Shown: positions 1 to 13,561 of the stretch, in pieces
Layout: each line of letters opens with the position of its first letter
Position numbering within the stretch: position 1 is the stretch's first letter
NCBI RefSeq assembly: GCF_006345805.1
Contig: NC_043011.1
Location: 41,614,464-41,678,463, forward strand
DNA length: 64,000 nt
Origin: Octopus sinensis
Taxonomy: Eukaryota
Reading direction: 5' to 3'
Translations under genes and position numbers: made by a program
The notes under the pieces: generated by a model
What the model was told of the DNA's origin: nothing
What the model saw: only the letters and a program-made list of their open reading frames with translations
Databases searched by the model: none

Positions 1-300
1 GTTAGGTGGTATATTTTATGCGATGCTTACTGTGATATTCATGTGATGTGTGATGTGGTGGTTCTGTGCTCTTCATGTGATGTGGGTTGTGATAATTATG
101 CGATGAGATGTGACGTGATGTTTATATGGTGGTATTCATGTGATATTTATGCGATACAATGATAATTATGTGATGTTTACTTGATGTGATGTGATATTTT
201 GTAGGATGAAATGTGATGTTTGTGTGACGTTCATGTGATGTTTGTCTGATGTGATATTTATGTGATATCGATATCAAATATTGTTCATGTGATATTAATT
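1..300. repeat. Degenerate TGTGA / ATGTGATATT short-period tandem repeat
   Basis: Recurrent atgtgat, tgtgatatt and tgtgatgtt motifs run throughout, with no informative ORF. Confidence 0.7.
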
Positions 301-534
301 TCTTCTCTCTCATTTGTTGTTGATGTCGACTCGTAGTTAATTAATTAATATTATCAGTTATTAAAGACAAAGCGTAGGAAAAAGAATGAGGAAAGGCATA
401 TATCGTAATTTTCAAATACATATATATATATATATATATATACACATACGCACACACACACACATTTACATGATTTCTATCTGAAGGTGTTTTATTCGAA
501 TGTATACGAGTGTACATATTGCCTGTAGAAGTGA

Positions 535-805
535 TATATATGTATGTATGTATGTATGTGTGTGTGTATATGTATGTATGTATGTATATATGTGTGTGTG
601 TATATGTATGTATATGTATGTATGTATATATATGTGTGTGTGTGTGTATATGTATGTATATGTATGTATCTATGTATATATGTGTGTGTGTATATGTATG
701 TATGTATGTATGTATATATGTGTATGTGTGTATGTATGTGTGTGTGTGTATATGTATGTATGTATGTATGTGTATGTATGTATGTATGTATGTATATATA
801 TGTTA
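535..805. repeat. Compound (TATG)n/(TG)n/(TA)n microsatellite
   Basis: Visible directly; it generates the MYVC-type ORFs. Confidence 0.95.
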
Positions 806-2009
806 CGCATTAATATGTGTGAGAATGGATAATTTTAAATACTTCAGACAGACCTATATAAAAAACTCTGAACAATGTTTTTTTTCCTCCTTTCTTTCAT
901 TCGCAAATACAAATATAAAAGTATGTATGTATATATATAGATATATATAATATATATATATATATATATAATATATATATATATATACCCCACACTGTCG
1001 CATCTATCTTTACCTATATATCTACCTATACTCCACTTGTGTGCGTGTATAATGTAAATCTTCGATATGTATGAATACATCCACAAAACCATGCACTCGT
1101 GTGGGTGTTTGAGACATGTATGTATCTGTGTGTGTGTGTATATACATGTATATATATACATATATGCTGTCTTTACCATTCAATATGTACACCCAGTTAT
1201 CTCTCTCTCTCTCTCTCAATATATATATATATATACATACACACACACACATACCATAACACTTCATTTCGTATTATGATAATTAAGCGAATTGCTGTTA
1301 CGGCTTTGCTAAAATGGAATATTTAAACATACATATATTACATCTGTCTGTCTATCTATCTATCAGTCTGTCTGTCTATCTAGCTAGCTTTCTGTCTATT
1401 ATGTGTGTGTGTGTGTGTGTTCTCTTTACTGGCTTTAGTCATTGGACTGCGGCCATGTCGGGTTTAGCTTTGAAGGGTTTAGTTGATCACCTTAATCTAT
1501 TCGATCTCTCCTTATCAAACCACTAATTTTACAAGACAAAAATGCACACAACATGAATTAATCTGGTTCTCAGACCGTTACAGACATAAACACGACCCAC
1601 TTCCCTCCTCTCTTTCTATGTGTGTGTGTGCGTGCGAGTGTATAAAATGCTACGAGGTATTGGCTAACCTGAAAACATAGTAGTGGTTATATGTCAGAGG
1701 TGTTTTTCTGGAGGATCGAACGCGGAACCACGTGGTTACCAAGTGAGCTTCAATATACACTCTTAAACTGTGTATGTGTGTTTGTTTGTGTGTGTGTGTG
1801 TGTATATATATATATGTATGTATGTATACATACATACACACACACACACATTGATATATATATGAAAATATATACACATATTTACATGAAAATGTATAGA
1901 CTAAAAGAGCACGCACGTATGTATATTACATTCATACACTGTGGAGCAAAATAGACATCCTGTGTGCTTACATTATGTATCTATCCGTGTGTGTATGTAA
2001 CCCACATAC

Positions 2010-2059
<50 letters not shown>

Positions 2060-2651
2060 TATGGCATTATACATGTATGTATATGTGGCATTATACATGT
2101 ATGTATATGTGTATACTTTCCTTTCTTTTACATATATATATAGAGACAGACAGACGAACAGGTTGTTAAATAGATAGACAGATGTATAGATAGATAGAGG
2201 GGTGTGTGTAGAGGCCGTGTGTATTAGAGAGGAAGAAATAAATATAACAAATCTTTTGTTTACATTTCATTTCTTTTTTGCGGCATAAATTAAAAAAGAA
2301 AACAAAAACAAAAAGGTCGATGCTTGAAGTCATTTTAATCAGAGCTGGTTCGTTCCTTGCTGTGACCAGATTGTTGTGGGTGGTAGAGGTAGATTACACC
2401 ACTGCAAGAGATGACCATAAATTAAACATGACGGGGTATATTAAACGGGTGGCCATACATACACACGCACTTATGTATATATATATATATATGTATATGT
2501 ATGTATATAGACTGGAGGATAAGGGCGGGGGGGGAATGAATAATGTAAATATGAAAAATCAATTTTTGTCTTCAGACGTTCCTCCCCCCCCTTTCATATC
2601 CGTTTCGTGGTATTTACAAATTGTGGCTTGTGACAAATTCGATATGTCATG

Positions 2652-2691
<40 letters not shown>

Positions 2692-2759
2692 TATATTGTT
2701 TGTGTGTCTGTTTATATATAAAGCTTATGCATTTTTCTTTAATTTAGTATCGATCTATT

Positions 2760-2784
2760 ACTAACCTACCTATCTATCTATCTA

Positions 2785-2815
<31 letters not shown>

Positions 2816-2880
2816 GTCTCTGTCTGTCTGTTTGTCTGTCTGTCTATGTATCTGTCTGTCTATCTGTTTGTCTGTCTATC

Positions 2881-2922
<42 letters not shown>

Positions 2923-3051
2923 TTATCTATATCTGTCTGTCCGTCTGTCTGTCTATCTGTCTGTCTGTCTGTTTGTCTATCTGTCTGTCTGTCTGTTTGT
3001 CTATCTGTCTGTCTGTCTGTCTGTTTGTCAATCTATCTGTCTATCTATTTG

Positions 3052-3141
<90 letters not shown>

Positions 3142-3245
3142 AATCTATCTGTCTGTTTGTCAATCTATCTGTCTATCTATTTGTCAATCTGTCTGTCTAT
3201 CTTCATGTCTATCTATCTGTCTGTCTGTCCGCTTGTCTGTCTCTG
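2760..3245. repeat. Compound (TCTA)n/(TCTG)n tetranucleotide microsatellite
   Basis: Visible directly; it generates the LSIY/LSVC ORFs. Confidence 0.95.
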
Positions 3246-3783
3246 TGCGTTCATTTGTATTATTATTACTACTACTGCTGCTGCTTCTCATTCAGTCCCC
3301 ACAACCAAGTCAATGTTGTTTATGTATGTAGTACATTTCTACTTTCACTTTTCAACTTAGCCTACTTACATACGGTGGCAGTGTGTATGCGATGATGTGT
3401 GTAGTATGTGTAGCTATATTCTGTGGTAGTGGTATGTGTATGCTTATATAATTTAGTACTGGAGTGTGTATGTGTATGACCACTTATATACAGTAGTACT
3501 GTGTGCTTGTGTGGGTGTATATAGTTACATACTCTAGTGGTAGTTATAGTGTGTGTGTGCGTGTGTGTATACTTATATATTGTGCCAGTGTGTGAGTTTC
3601 ACTTACAAAGCAGCCTGCCTTCAGTCTTTTCCTGTGTGTGCTATATATATATATATATATATATAGATAGATATAAAATCTGTTGGTGGAATCACATGAA
3701 TGTATTGTTCTGTTGTATATAATGCACTAAGAGTCTATCGTATCAATATATATACATACATGCATAAACACACACACACACAC

Positions 3784-3846
<63 letters not shown>

Positions 3847-4632
3847 CCCAGGGTGGAAGGAGAAAAGAGGAGAAAGCAATCAACAGTATTAATTGCTACC
3901 CAACTGATTAACATTAAGCTTTCCTCTTTAATTCTCTGCTTTCCACCCCATCCAGCCTTCTCTCTCTCTCTCTCCCTTTTCTTTTCTCTCCAGAGGAGGC
4001 TCTCCCTCTCTCCATTTCTCTTTTTCTTTCCCTCCGTCTGTCTGTCTCTTTCTTTTTTCTAACACTTCCTCCTCTTGTCTATGGACTTTCTCTTTCACTA
4101 TTATCAAGGTGTTCCTGCAATTGTTATTCTAATGTAAATGCATACTCACGACACACAAATACATTGTAAATACACACACCACACAAACTTTCATGTGTGT
4201 GTATATACATGTGTGTGTGTAAATATGTGTGTATGTTATATATATATATATATGCAGCTATTGTAATTCTCCTTTGTAAAGCAATGTTCACTTTGGGTGT
4301 GTGTGACTACGTATGTATTTGTTTGAATTTAACGATATCTACATTATTTTCCACGATATATACAAATGTACCCTGAGGTTTCTGCTATTTCTCTATCTAT
4401 CCATCTACCTGTTCATTTACCTACTTATCTACCTATAGATATATGTATATCTCTGTGTACAAATCTATATACTATGTATCTTTTTATCTATGTGCCTGTC
4501 TTTTCTCTATCATCTGTCTCTTCTCCTCTCTCCCTCTCTTTCTTTTTTTTTTTTTTTTTTTATCTCCCCCCCCCCTTTTTTTTCTTATTTTTGTCTCTTT
4601 CTCTCTTTTACTCCCTTTTGATCCCTCTTCCC

Positions 4633-4665
<33 letters not shown>

Positions 4666-4984
4666 TACCTCAAAGAAAAACTCTACCTTGTAATTTGTTC
4701 TATCTGTGTGCATGTGTGGCTAATAAAGACATATCTCTCTAATTTGTGAAAATGGTATAGAAACCATTCACATATATACTTGAATTTATACAGCCATTGA
4801 TTTATGTATATAGGGCTTCCATCAGTCATCTATACATGTACGGAGCCAAAGTGGCTGAGTTCCTTTCGAGTGTTGGGCCTCACAGAGGCAATGACCAAGA
4901 CCTTTGGCATTATGTTGTTCTTGAGAATAAAAACCCATCAAGCCAAGCAAGATTGCAATCATGGAAAAAACTGGTGTGACACAA

Positions 4985-5180
4985 ATGGCACCCGTGCTGG
5001 TGGCACATAAAAGCACCCATTACACTCTTGGAGTGGTTGGCATTAGGAAGGGCATCCAGCCATAGAAAACCATGCCAAATCAGACTGGAGCTTGGCACAG
5101 CCTTTCCAGCATGCCAGCTCTGGTCAAACTGTTACAACCCATGCCAGCATGGACGACGGGCGTTAAGTGATGATGATGAT
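4985..5180 (+). mobile_element. Family C short retroposon (RTE-related, (GAT)n tail), copy with one internal unit
   Basis: gtgctggtggcacataaaagcacc ... gttggcattaggaagggcatccagc ... ccatgccagcatgga ... gatgatgat; the same blocks recur at more than 10 loci in the window. Confidence 0.8.
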
Positions 5181-5689
5181 GTCTATGTATAGGATTGGGC
5201 AAGATTTTCCTGAGGAAGACCAACAGTTGCCATGTATGCATGTTTCTCCTTGCTGTCGATGCTTATCCCAGAAGAAAGCCTCCATCTTGGGCTGATGTAG
5301 CTTAGTACCAGTGTCATCACAGGGGTTAGGGTTAGAATGTAAAGGGGCTGGAACAGATAACCACAGGCATAGTGTCTGATTCAAGCAATTGTGCCAATTC
5401 TCTGCTCTGGATTGGTGCTTTTAAAAATTTTTATTGACCCCTGAAAGGATGAAAGGCAAAGTCAACTTCTGTGGGATTTGAACTCAGTATGTAGAGCATT
5501 GGAAGAAATGCCTTGAGGTTTTCTACATCCACTGTTCTAATGATTCTTTGACACTTTGTTGAGTGAATAAATGTGAGAGTGAGTGAGGGAGAGACGAAGT
5601 GAGAGAGAGAGATGTGGTGGGGTTATACATGTGTGTAAATATATGTATTTGTGTGTATTTATGTGTGTATATATATAATCTTGTTTTAG

Positions 5690-5993
5690 TCATTAGACTG
5701 TAGCCATGCTGGAGCACTGCCTCGAGGAATTATTAGTTGAATGTATCAACCCCTGTACTTTTTTTTTATAAAGCCTGGTGTGTATTCTATCAGTCTCTTT
5801 TGCTAAACTGCTTGGTTACAGGGATGTAAACACACCAACACTGGTTGTTAAGTGGTGGTGGGGGACACACACACATAGATATATATAATATATATATATG
5901 TATACACACACATACAGATATATATATATGTATACACACACATACAGATATATATATACACACACATACAGATATAATTTGAATAATATATAC

Positions 5994-6053
<60 letters not shown>

Positions 6054-6165
6054 TACACATGACAGGCTTCTTTCAATTTCCACCTACCAGATCCATTCAC
6101 AAGGCTTTGGTTGGCTCAAGGGTACCATGCAGTGGGACTGAAACCAGAGCCATGTGGTTGAGAAA
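5690..6165 (-). mobile_element. Family B tRNA-headed CORE-like SINE, diverged, with expanded internal TA/CA tract
   Basis: Matches the reverse complement of the intact copies at 58299 and 62811. Confidence 0.8.
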
Positions 6166-6322
6166 TAATATATATATGTGTGTGCATATGTGTTTGTACA
6201 TACAGCACTGTTGTCTTTGTTTTAACATCCACTTTTCCATGATTGCATGGATCAGATGGAATTTGTTGAAGCAGATTTTCTATGGCTTGGTGTTCTTTCT
6301 GACAATTGCTTCCAAGTGTGCG

Positions 6323-6364
<42 letters not shown>

Positions 6365-6494
6365 ACACAATGGGCTTCTTTCAGTTTCCATCTATCAAAT
6401 CCACTCACAAAGCTCGTGTGTGTGTGTGTATATTGGTTGTAGTGTGTTGTAGTTGAAGGAAGATAATGTGTTGTAGTTAAAACATCTATGGACA

Positions 6495-7260
6495 CCCTCA
6501 TGGCCTTGTCAGGTTGAAGCCAGACATGTAACTATAGCTGCTAGATTGTGGTATAGATCACCACTTATTGAGACAAGAGCAGATACCTCTCTTCGTCTCT
6601 CATAGTTTGTCTTGAGGCTATGCAACCACAACCCAGCATTGGAATTGTTTTCTGTTTTGGGGCATCAATGGGCCTACTGACATCATTTCACAACCTTTGT
6701 TCCAAATTTGGCTGGAGTTTGGCCCACTTCAGGTTGGATTTGAAATTGTTCTTGTACTTTCTCTTTGGGTGACCCTGGGGCACAATTGCCCTGTTTCAGT
6801 TCTCTGCACAACAGTTGTCATGGTGTCCTCGATTTATCTATGCACATCATCAGATGGCCCTCCCTTCTGAGCTTTCTGTTGAGGATTTTTGTCTTCTGTG
6901 CATGCAGAGTTAGCTCTGTGTAGGACAGTAGCACAGCTGTTGCCTGTGTACTGCAACACTAAGGACAAACACACAGCTACTTAACATTGACAGCTGCTGA
7001 TATCCGGAACGTACCATTTCCAGGAAGGAAACACTTGACAGAGAAATCATGTTGAAGATCTAAATAGTTTTCTTTGCTTTAGAACTTGGTCTACACTCTC
7101 ACCTTCCTCACCAACTCCCTCTCCATATTTTTAACAATGTTTATCTGTGAAATTTCCATCATTTGCTGGACTCCTTTGTGCAGGTGTCATCATTGATCTT
7201 GTCTGTAAGTCAGTCCAATAGGAGCTATTCCCTGCTTCCTGAAATTCCTTAACACCATTC
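6495..7260 (-). mobile_element. Degenerate RTE-clade (BovB-like) LINE fragment, C-terminal part of the RT ORF
   Basis: Minus-strand translation gives KLRREGHLMM...RTP*QLL..RELKQG..GHPKRKYKNNFKSNLK, resembling the RTE motif QLRWAGH..RM...R.PKQLLYGEL..G.R..G..KKR.KD.LK. It carries stops and frameshifts. Confidence 0.75.
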
Positions 7261-7435
7261 TTAGCATGCCTAAATACTTTTCCCTCTTTGTGGCTCTTTT
7301 ACTCTTCCTTTTTCAGTTTTCCTTTATCCTCTCCTCTATTCATGTACTTTTGGCTATTATTGTTCCTACTTTACGAGACTTACATGCCTGATTCTTATCC
7401 TCACTCTTTTCTGGTGAATTGTAGTATACAGCAGG

Positions 7436-7478
<43 letters not shown>

Positions 7479-7482
7479 TAAG

Positions 7483-7750
7483 GGCGGTGAGTTGGCAGAC
7501 TCGTTAGCACACCAGGCAAAATGCTTAGCAATATTTTGTCTGTCACTATGTTTTGAGTTCAAATTCTGTCGAGGTCGACTTTGTCTTTCTTCCTTTCAGG
7601 GTTGATAAATTAAGTACCAGTTACACACTGGGGTTGATGTAACCGACTAGTCCTCTCACTCCAAATTTCAGGCCTTGTGCTTATAGTAGAAAGGATTATG
7701 ATCATTGTCATTATTAAGGCAATAAGCTGGTAGAATCATTAGCCAAGCAT
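7483..7750 (+). mobile_element. Family A tRNA-headed SINE (Meta/MESC-like core) plus a second head, following (ATT)n
   Basis: ggcggtgagttggcagactcgttagcac...gttcaaattc...gaggtcgactttg.ctttc.tcctttcagggttgataaattaagtaccag. Confidence 0.85.
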
Positions 7751-8459
7751 TTTGTTGATGATGTAAGTCTTTTTAAGGTTTAATGCTTTGTTTTACTAGG
7801 GTCCTTGGTTCTCACCTGGGACCATATGGCCTTTGCGGCTCTGTATAAGATATTTTTTCTTAAAATTCGTGTGCAATAAATTGCTTATACTTTTTCAATA
7901 TGCAAAATGTTTTATCAATTTTTAATTTTTTAATGCAATTCCTAATATTTAATTCTAAAAATGTAAAGGGATATTTTTAAACATTAAATGGCTGACAGTC
8001 TGCCCAAGTAACATAGCAACCAAAGGGGTCCGTTGGAAAAAAAAAATGGTTGAGACACATTGCTCTGTATGGTTGTTCAACCTGCTAAGCTAAAAATAGC
8101 AGCTAAATCACCCTCAGATACACCTCACTATCTAAGAAAAGATTATAGTTGATAATGTAAGCTTGGGTTTGTAACTGCTGGAATGCCTTTGATCAGTGCC
8201 ATTTTAAGGTTGGTACTATGAATGCTTTGACACCGAAGTTCAGAAAGCCTATGGTTCAAGAGTGATGGTCATGGGGGAGACACATACAGGGAATTATTTT
8301 GAAGTGGGTGGGGACCCTCCTTTTTGGTACATCATCGAAACTAAAAGTTTGCTCTGTCTTTGACTATAGGTGTGTTTGGTCAGTAGTGATGACCCACCTA
8401 CTTCTTTTGTCAGCCTCACCCTTTCCCGCAAACATACCAAAATAAAGCAAAAAACAAGC

Positions 8460-8617
8460 ATTGGTGTGTGGTTAAGAAGCTTGCTTCCCAGTCACATGGT
8501 TTGGGGTTCAGTCCCACTGTGCAGCATTTTGAGCAAATGCCCTCTGCTTTGGCCCTGGGCCAACCAATGCTTTTGGAGTGAATTCAGTAGATGGAAACTG
8601 TGTGGAAGCTCACCATA

Positions 8618-8649
<32 letters not shown>

Positions 8650-8697
8650 ATATATATGTATATATATATGTGTGTGTATGTATACATATGTATATAT

Positions 8698-8736
<39 letters not shown>

Positions 8737-8774
8737 TTGTGTGTGTGTGTGTGTATGTATATTGTGTGTGTGTG

Positions 8775-8823
<49 letters not shown>

Positions 8824-8873
8824 TGTGTGTATGTATGTATATATATATATATATATATTTGGTATGTATGTGT

Positions 8874-8905
<32 letters not shown>

Positions 8906-8912
8906 GTGTATG

Positions 8913-8953
<41 letters not shown>

Positions 8954-8960
8954 TGTGTAT
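8460..8960 (+). mobile_element. Family B SINE 5' half running into a long TA/TG microsatellite
   Basis: gtgtggttaagaagcttgcttcccagtcacatggtttggggttcagtcccactg...gatggaaactg, followed by TA/TG repeats. Confidence 0.8.
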
Positions 8961-9634
8961 GTTTATGTGTTTGTCACACTGATGTAGGTTTGTTTATGTC
9001 CCCATTACATGGGAATTCAGCAAAAAAAGCAAAGTAAAGCAAATACCAACAGAATAAGCACCAAGCTCAAAATAAATATTGAGGTCAGTTTGTTTGACTC
9101 AAACCAATCAAGGCATTGCCCCAGCATGGCCACAGTCCAATGACTGAAAGAAAACATGTAAAAGAATAAAACAGAAAAAAATATAAGAAGGAGAGCGACA
9201 TTAAAACCTCGCCAATCCCTTAATGAATTAAACATAAGAATTATTTTGTGTCTTTTTTAATCAATAATTCGTTAGTAATTCATTAAATGTTGGCAGGGAA
9301 TTGGCTGAAACAGTAGCGTGATGGACAAATGTCTTACGGTAGTTAACTAGTTGTGGGTGTTTAGATATTAAGTTCAAATCTCATCTAAGCCAGCCTTCTT
9401 CTTTCAGCCTTCTGGATGGGTAGTGGTTGATAATGTTAAGATACCAGTGAAATAGTGGGGACCAGACGGTAGGGTGTGATAGGATGAAATTTTTCTGATT
9501 TCATGACCAACATCATTGTCTTTTGGTTCCAAGTTCAAATCGCACTGTGGTTGATTCTTTCAACCTTTCCGAAAGGGTTGTGGTTGATAAAATTTAAAGT
9601 ACAAACACATTTCTGATCTCATGGCCTCTGTTCA

Positions 9635-9935
9635 CCACCATCACCATCATTATCACCACCATCATCACCACCACCCTCATCACCACCACCATCATCACAA
9701 TCATCACCTCCACCATCTTCATCATCATCATCTCTATCATCATCATTGCAATCATCGCCACTATCCTCCTCCTCCTCATCATCATTATTGCAATCATCAC
9801 CACCATCCTCCTCATCATCATCATCACCACATCATCATCACCATCACCATCATCACAATGACTTGTCATCATCGTCATCACCACCCTCCTCCCCCGACCA
9901 TCATTCACCATCACTGTCACCACTGTCATTGTCAT
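9635..9935. repeat. (CAT)n/(CAC)n trinucleotide low-complexity tract at the tail of a minus-strand family C fragment
   Basis: Visible directly; it is the source of the His-rich and Met-rich ORFs. Confidence 0.9.
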
Positions 9936-10515
9936 TTTATGTCTGCTTTCCATGCCGGCATGGGTTGGACAGGTTAGCCGAGGTGAACTTGCCACACATT
10001 CAGGGATGCTGTTCACCTCACTGTACTCGAATTTCAGATGAGTGAACCCCTCCCCTACCCTGTCCTACAAAACGACCGCATACAAATCATTATTCCTGCT
10101 AAAATATAAATATACTTCGTCTGTGTATATTTATTTATTTTTATCAATGGTGTAAATTAATTTTAGTTTAATTAAATTACTCAAATGAAAGAGGTTAAAT
10201 AGTTTGGTCGTCCAAAAGTGTGTGCATATGTGTGTGTGTATGCATGTGTGCGTATGTGTGTACCTATGCATATGTGTGTGTGTGCATGCATGTGTGTGCA
10301 TGTGTGTGTGTGCATGTGTGTATACATATGTGTGTGTATTTGTGTGTATGCATGTGCGTATGTGTGTGGGTATGCATACGTGTGTGTATTTGAATTCTCG
10401 TCTGACTTCTATCTTCAGGTTCAATAATTAAGCAATTTTAAGTTCAAACACCCTGACCTCCCCACCACCACCGCGTCCACACTTACCTGCCTGTGGCTAG
10501 TATTTCCCTTTATAT

Positions 10516-10573
<58 letters not shown>

Positions 10574-11686
10574 CTTGTTAAACACATAGGCACACTGGTT
10601 AAACAAAATTCAATATTCGGATAATGTGTCCTCATTTCTACCAACATGAAAGAATGTGTGCATGCAAGCATGCGTGTGTGTATGTGTGTGGGCCTGTATG
10701 TATGTGTGTGTATGTGTGGCGGAGCTGTATATGTGTGTGCATGTGGGCCTGTATATATATGTGTGTATGTGTGTGGGCCTGTATGTATGTGTGCGTGTGG
10801 GCCTGTATATATATGTGTGTGTGTGTGTGTAACTGTTTCAATTACTTTGATGATGATGATACTGGTGTGTTAATGCTATTGATGATGTTGATAACCATCA
10901 TTAGCATCATTACTATCATCGTTGTTACCATCATCATCATCATCATCAATCTGTTTTCCTATGCTGGTGGGGGACAGATGGGGTTGACATGTAGGTCAGA
11001 ATCAACATTTTCATTTTTTTCTTTTTTTTGGTAACAGCTTAATCAAAAGAGGATCCTTTTCAGGTCCCTTGAGATGGGAGCGGGGAGAGTAAAAAGAGAG
11101 ATTCCCCAAACAGAAGTCCCAAATGCTCACAACATAAGTGACACCACAAGAGGTGCCCAAGGACCAAACAACAGTGTTAAACCAGACAACAGATTGACTC
11201 CTAGCCAAGAACAAAGACAGTCTTTCTAAGAGATCTCCACATTATTTTTGTCTCCCCCAACTGTGTTGACTTGTGGCTGTCATGGCAGACCCTTTCCCAT
11301 GGGGCCCACTCTGAGATTGAACCCCCACTAAAACCATATAGCCATATGTACAGCAGCCATTGTTTAACTATTACAGACCTTCACCCATCTCACCTCACCC
11401 TGTTGTCAAACATTGTTTTTACACACATTTCCTGTTAATTAACCAATTAATTTCTTTAATTAATTTAAATGTTTTAAACCCTTTTGTTACTGTATTTCTT
11501 TTGAAATCCACTGACTTTTATCTCAATTCATTTAGAACATTTAAAATAACTTAGTCATTATTAAGCTGGTGTGTGGAACATAAACTAACATGAAATTTTT
11601 ATGGAAAGTTTAGACATAGATCACTTTGAAACAGCAAGTTTCTATCAAAAACAGGAGCAGTTTCAGGCAGGTCTCTTTCAAAAATA

Positions 11687-11815
11687 CAGTTCTATATTTA
11701 AGAGATGAGGAATTATGTACATTATTTACATTTGACAGATACTTGTCCTCATCTTGTTTGTTGTTAACACAACGTTTAACTTGATATACCCTCCAGCCTT
11801 CATCAGGTGTCTTAG
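11687..11815 (-). mobile_element. Penelope-like terminal segment with a degenerate minimal hammerhead motif
   Basis: The reverse complement reads gacac-CTGATGA-a-ggctg...-taaACGTt-gtgtt; it is an inverted copy of about 12035-12130. Confidence 0.6.
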
Positions 11816-11879
11816 GAACATTATTAAGGAAGGATTGAAAAATATTAAATTTATAAGCCCAAAAGTTCACTCCATAATT

Positions 11880-12130
11880 GCCCACAGGCATATGGTGTAG
11901 TGGTTAAGAGCACGGGCTTCTAACCCCAAGATTCCAAGTTTGATTCCAGGCAGTGACCTAAATAATAATAATGATATTAATAATAATAACATTGAAAAAT
12001 ACCTGAGGAATGAGAACCCAGGTTTGAAATTTCCCCAAGACGTCTGATGGAGGCTGGAGGGTATATCAGCCGAAACATTGTGTTAACAACAAACATGATG
12101 AGGATAAATATCCGTCAAATGTAAATAATG
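11880..12130 (+). mobile_element. Composite element: tRNA-like Pol III head, (AAT)n linker and Penelope-like tail with a degenerate minimal hammerhead
   Basis: A box tggtgtagtggt and B-box-like gtttgattcc, then gt-CTGATGG-a-ggctg-loop-cagcc-GAAA-catt-gtgtt at 12038-12084. Confidence 0.6.
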
Positions 12131-12170
12131 TTCTTTCAAAAAGATATCAAGATTGGCAGCGCAATATATT

Positions 12171-12381
12171 TTAACTCTTTGGCATTTAAACCAGCCACAT
12201 TCAGCCCAAATATTCTACCAATTTTATATTCAGACTGGCCAGATCCAACCTCTTACACCTATCCTACAATGTGATTCCGAGAATATCAAAATCTTGAAGC
12301 TGCAAGATAATCATTAATTAAAAACAATGTTAATAAATAAGCCTTACTTTTGACAGAGTAATCTGAATGCTAAAGGCTTAA
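12171..12381. mobile_element. TTAA-flanked (piggyBac-like) MITE
   Basis: ttaa-ctctttggcatt ... aatgctaaaggc-ttaa: imperfect TIRs inside TTAA, no coding capacity. Confidence 0.7.
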
Positions 12382-12793
12382 AGGAACCACCAATTTCAAG
12401 AGCTTCCGATCCATTGAGATTACAAAAACAGTTTAACAACAATAACATTTAAACTGTTCCCTTTGTTAACTTCTTTTTTTTTTGACTAGTTTTTGTGTTT
12501 ATATTTTTAAATTGTTCTTTTGTTGAAGGGTTGTCTTATACATTTTCAGTCTGTTGTGGCTCACTAGCTTTAACCCTTTTTGACACTCAAACCCCTTCTT
12601 ACCACCCCTAGTCCAGTGATGCAAATTCTTTGTTTTCAAGAGATCTGAATTATAACCATCCATCAATATTTCATGTTTGTTTCAAACATCAGCTTAATGA
12701 TTAAGTTATATTACTAAATTCTTCATTATTCTCAAAATTACCATATTTTTGTGGGACCATGGGCAGCATTTTTTGACAGAAATATGGTAACAA

Positions 12794-12997
12794 GCTGGCA
12801 GAAACGTTAGCACGCCAGGCAAAATGCTTAGCTGTATATTGTCTGCCGTTACGTTCTGGGTTCAAATTCCGTCGAGGTCGACTTTGCTTTTCATCCTTTC
12901 GGGGTCGATAAATTAAGTACCAGTTATGCACTTAATCCTTTGTCTGTCCTTGTTTGTCCCCTCTGTTTTTTAGCCCCTTGTGGGCAATAAAGAAATA
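12794..12997 (+). mobile_element. Young, slightly 5'-truncated family A SINE with a 16-bp target-site duplication
   Basis: Flanked by agaaatatggtaacaa at 12778-12793 and 12998-13013; its CpGs are largely intact. Confidence 0.92.
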
Positions 12998-13329
12998 AGA
13001 AATATGGTAACAAAAAGATTAACCCTTTTGTTACTGTATTTATTTTGAGATGCTCTGTGTTTCTTTCACTTAATTTTTACATGTAACAAAGAATTTAGTA
13101 AAATAACTTAGTTATCATTCAGCTAGTGTTAAGAGCATAAATTGTGACTAAGGTTTGGTGGAAGATTTTTAATTCAGAACTTTTGAAAACAAGACATTTG
13201 TATTACAGAGCCAGAGGTGGGTTGGTATCGGAAGGGTTAAAGTGATCTAAATTAAAACCGTCCACCAAAACTTCATGTTATTTTATGTTCCAAATGCCAT
13301 CTTAATAATGACAGGTATTTTACTAAATT

Positions 13330-13561
13330 AAGGCGGGCGAGCTGGCAGAAACGTTAGCACGCTGGGCGAAATGCGTAGCCGTATTTCGTCTGCCATTAGG
13401 TTCTGAGTTCAAATTCCGCCGAGGTCGACTTTGCCTTTCATCCTTTCGGGGTCGATAAATTAAGTACCAGTTAAGCACTGGGTCGATATAATCGACTTAA
13501 TCCGTTTGTTTGTCCTTGTTTGTCCTTTCTGTGTTTAGCCCCTTGTGGGTAGTAAAGAAAT
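13330..13561 (+). mobile_element. Young full-length family A SINE with a 17-bp target-site duplication
   Basis: Flanked by aggtattttactaaatt at 13313-13329 and 13562-13578. Confidence 0.92.

Noticed and set aside
5322-5340. ggggttagggttag telomere-like motif
   Set aside because: Only about two units, as expected by chance.
9594-10045. His-rich, Met-rich and Ser-rich ORFs
   Set aside because: All three frames read through a (CAT/CAC)n tract at a retroposon tail; there are no splice signals or unique domain.
11036-11228. Open frame LNQKRILF...MGAGRVKREIPQ... after a T-rich acceptor
   Set aside because: No recognisable homology and no donor; not distinguishable from chance.
11886-11960. tRNA gene (also the heads at 18650 and 55066)
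   Set aside because: A and B boxes are present, but there is no complete cloverleaf or acceptor stem, and each head runs into a repeat body; these are SINE heads.
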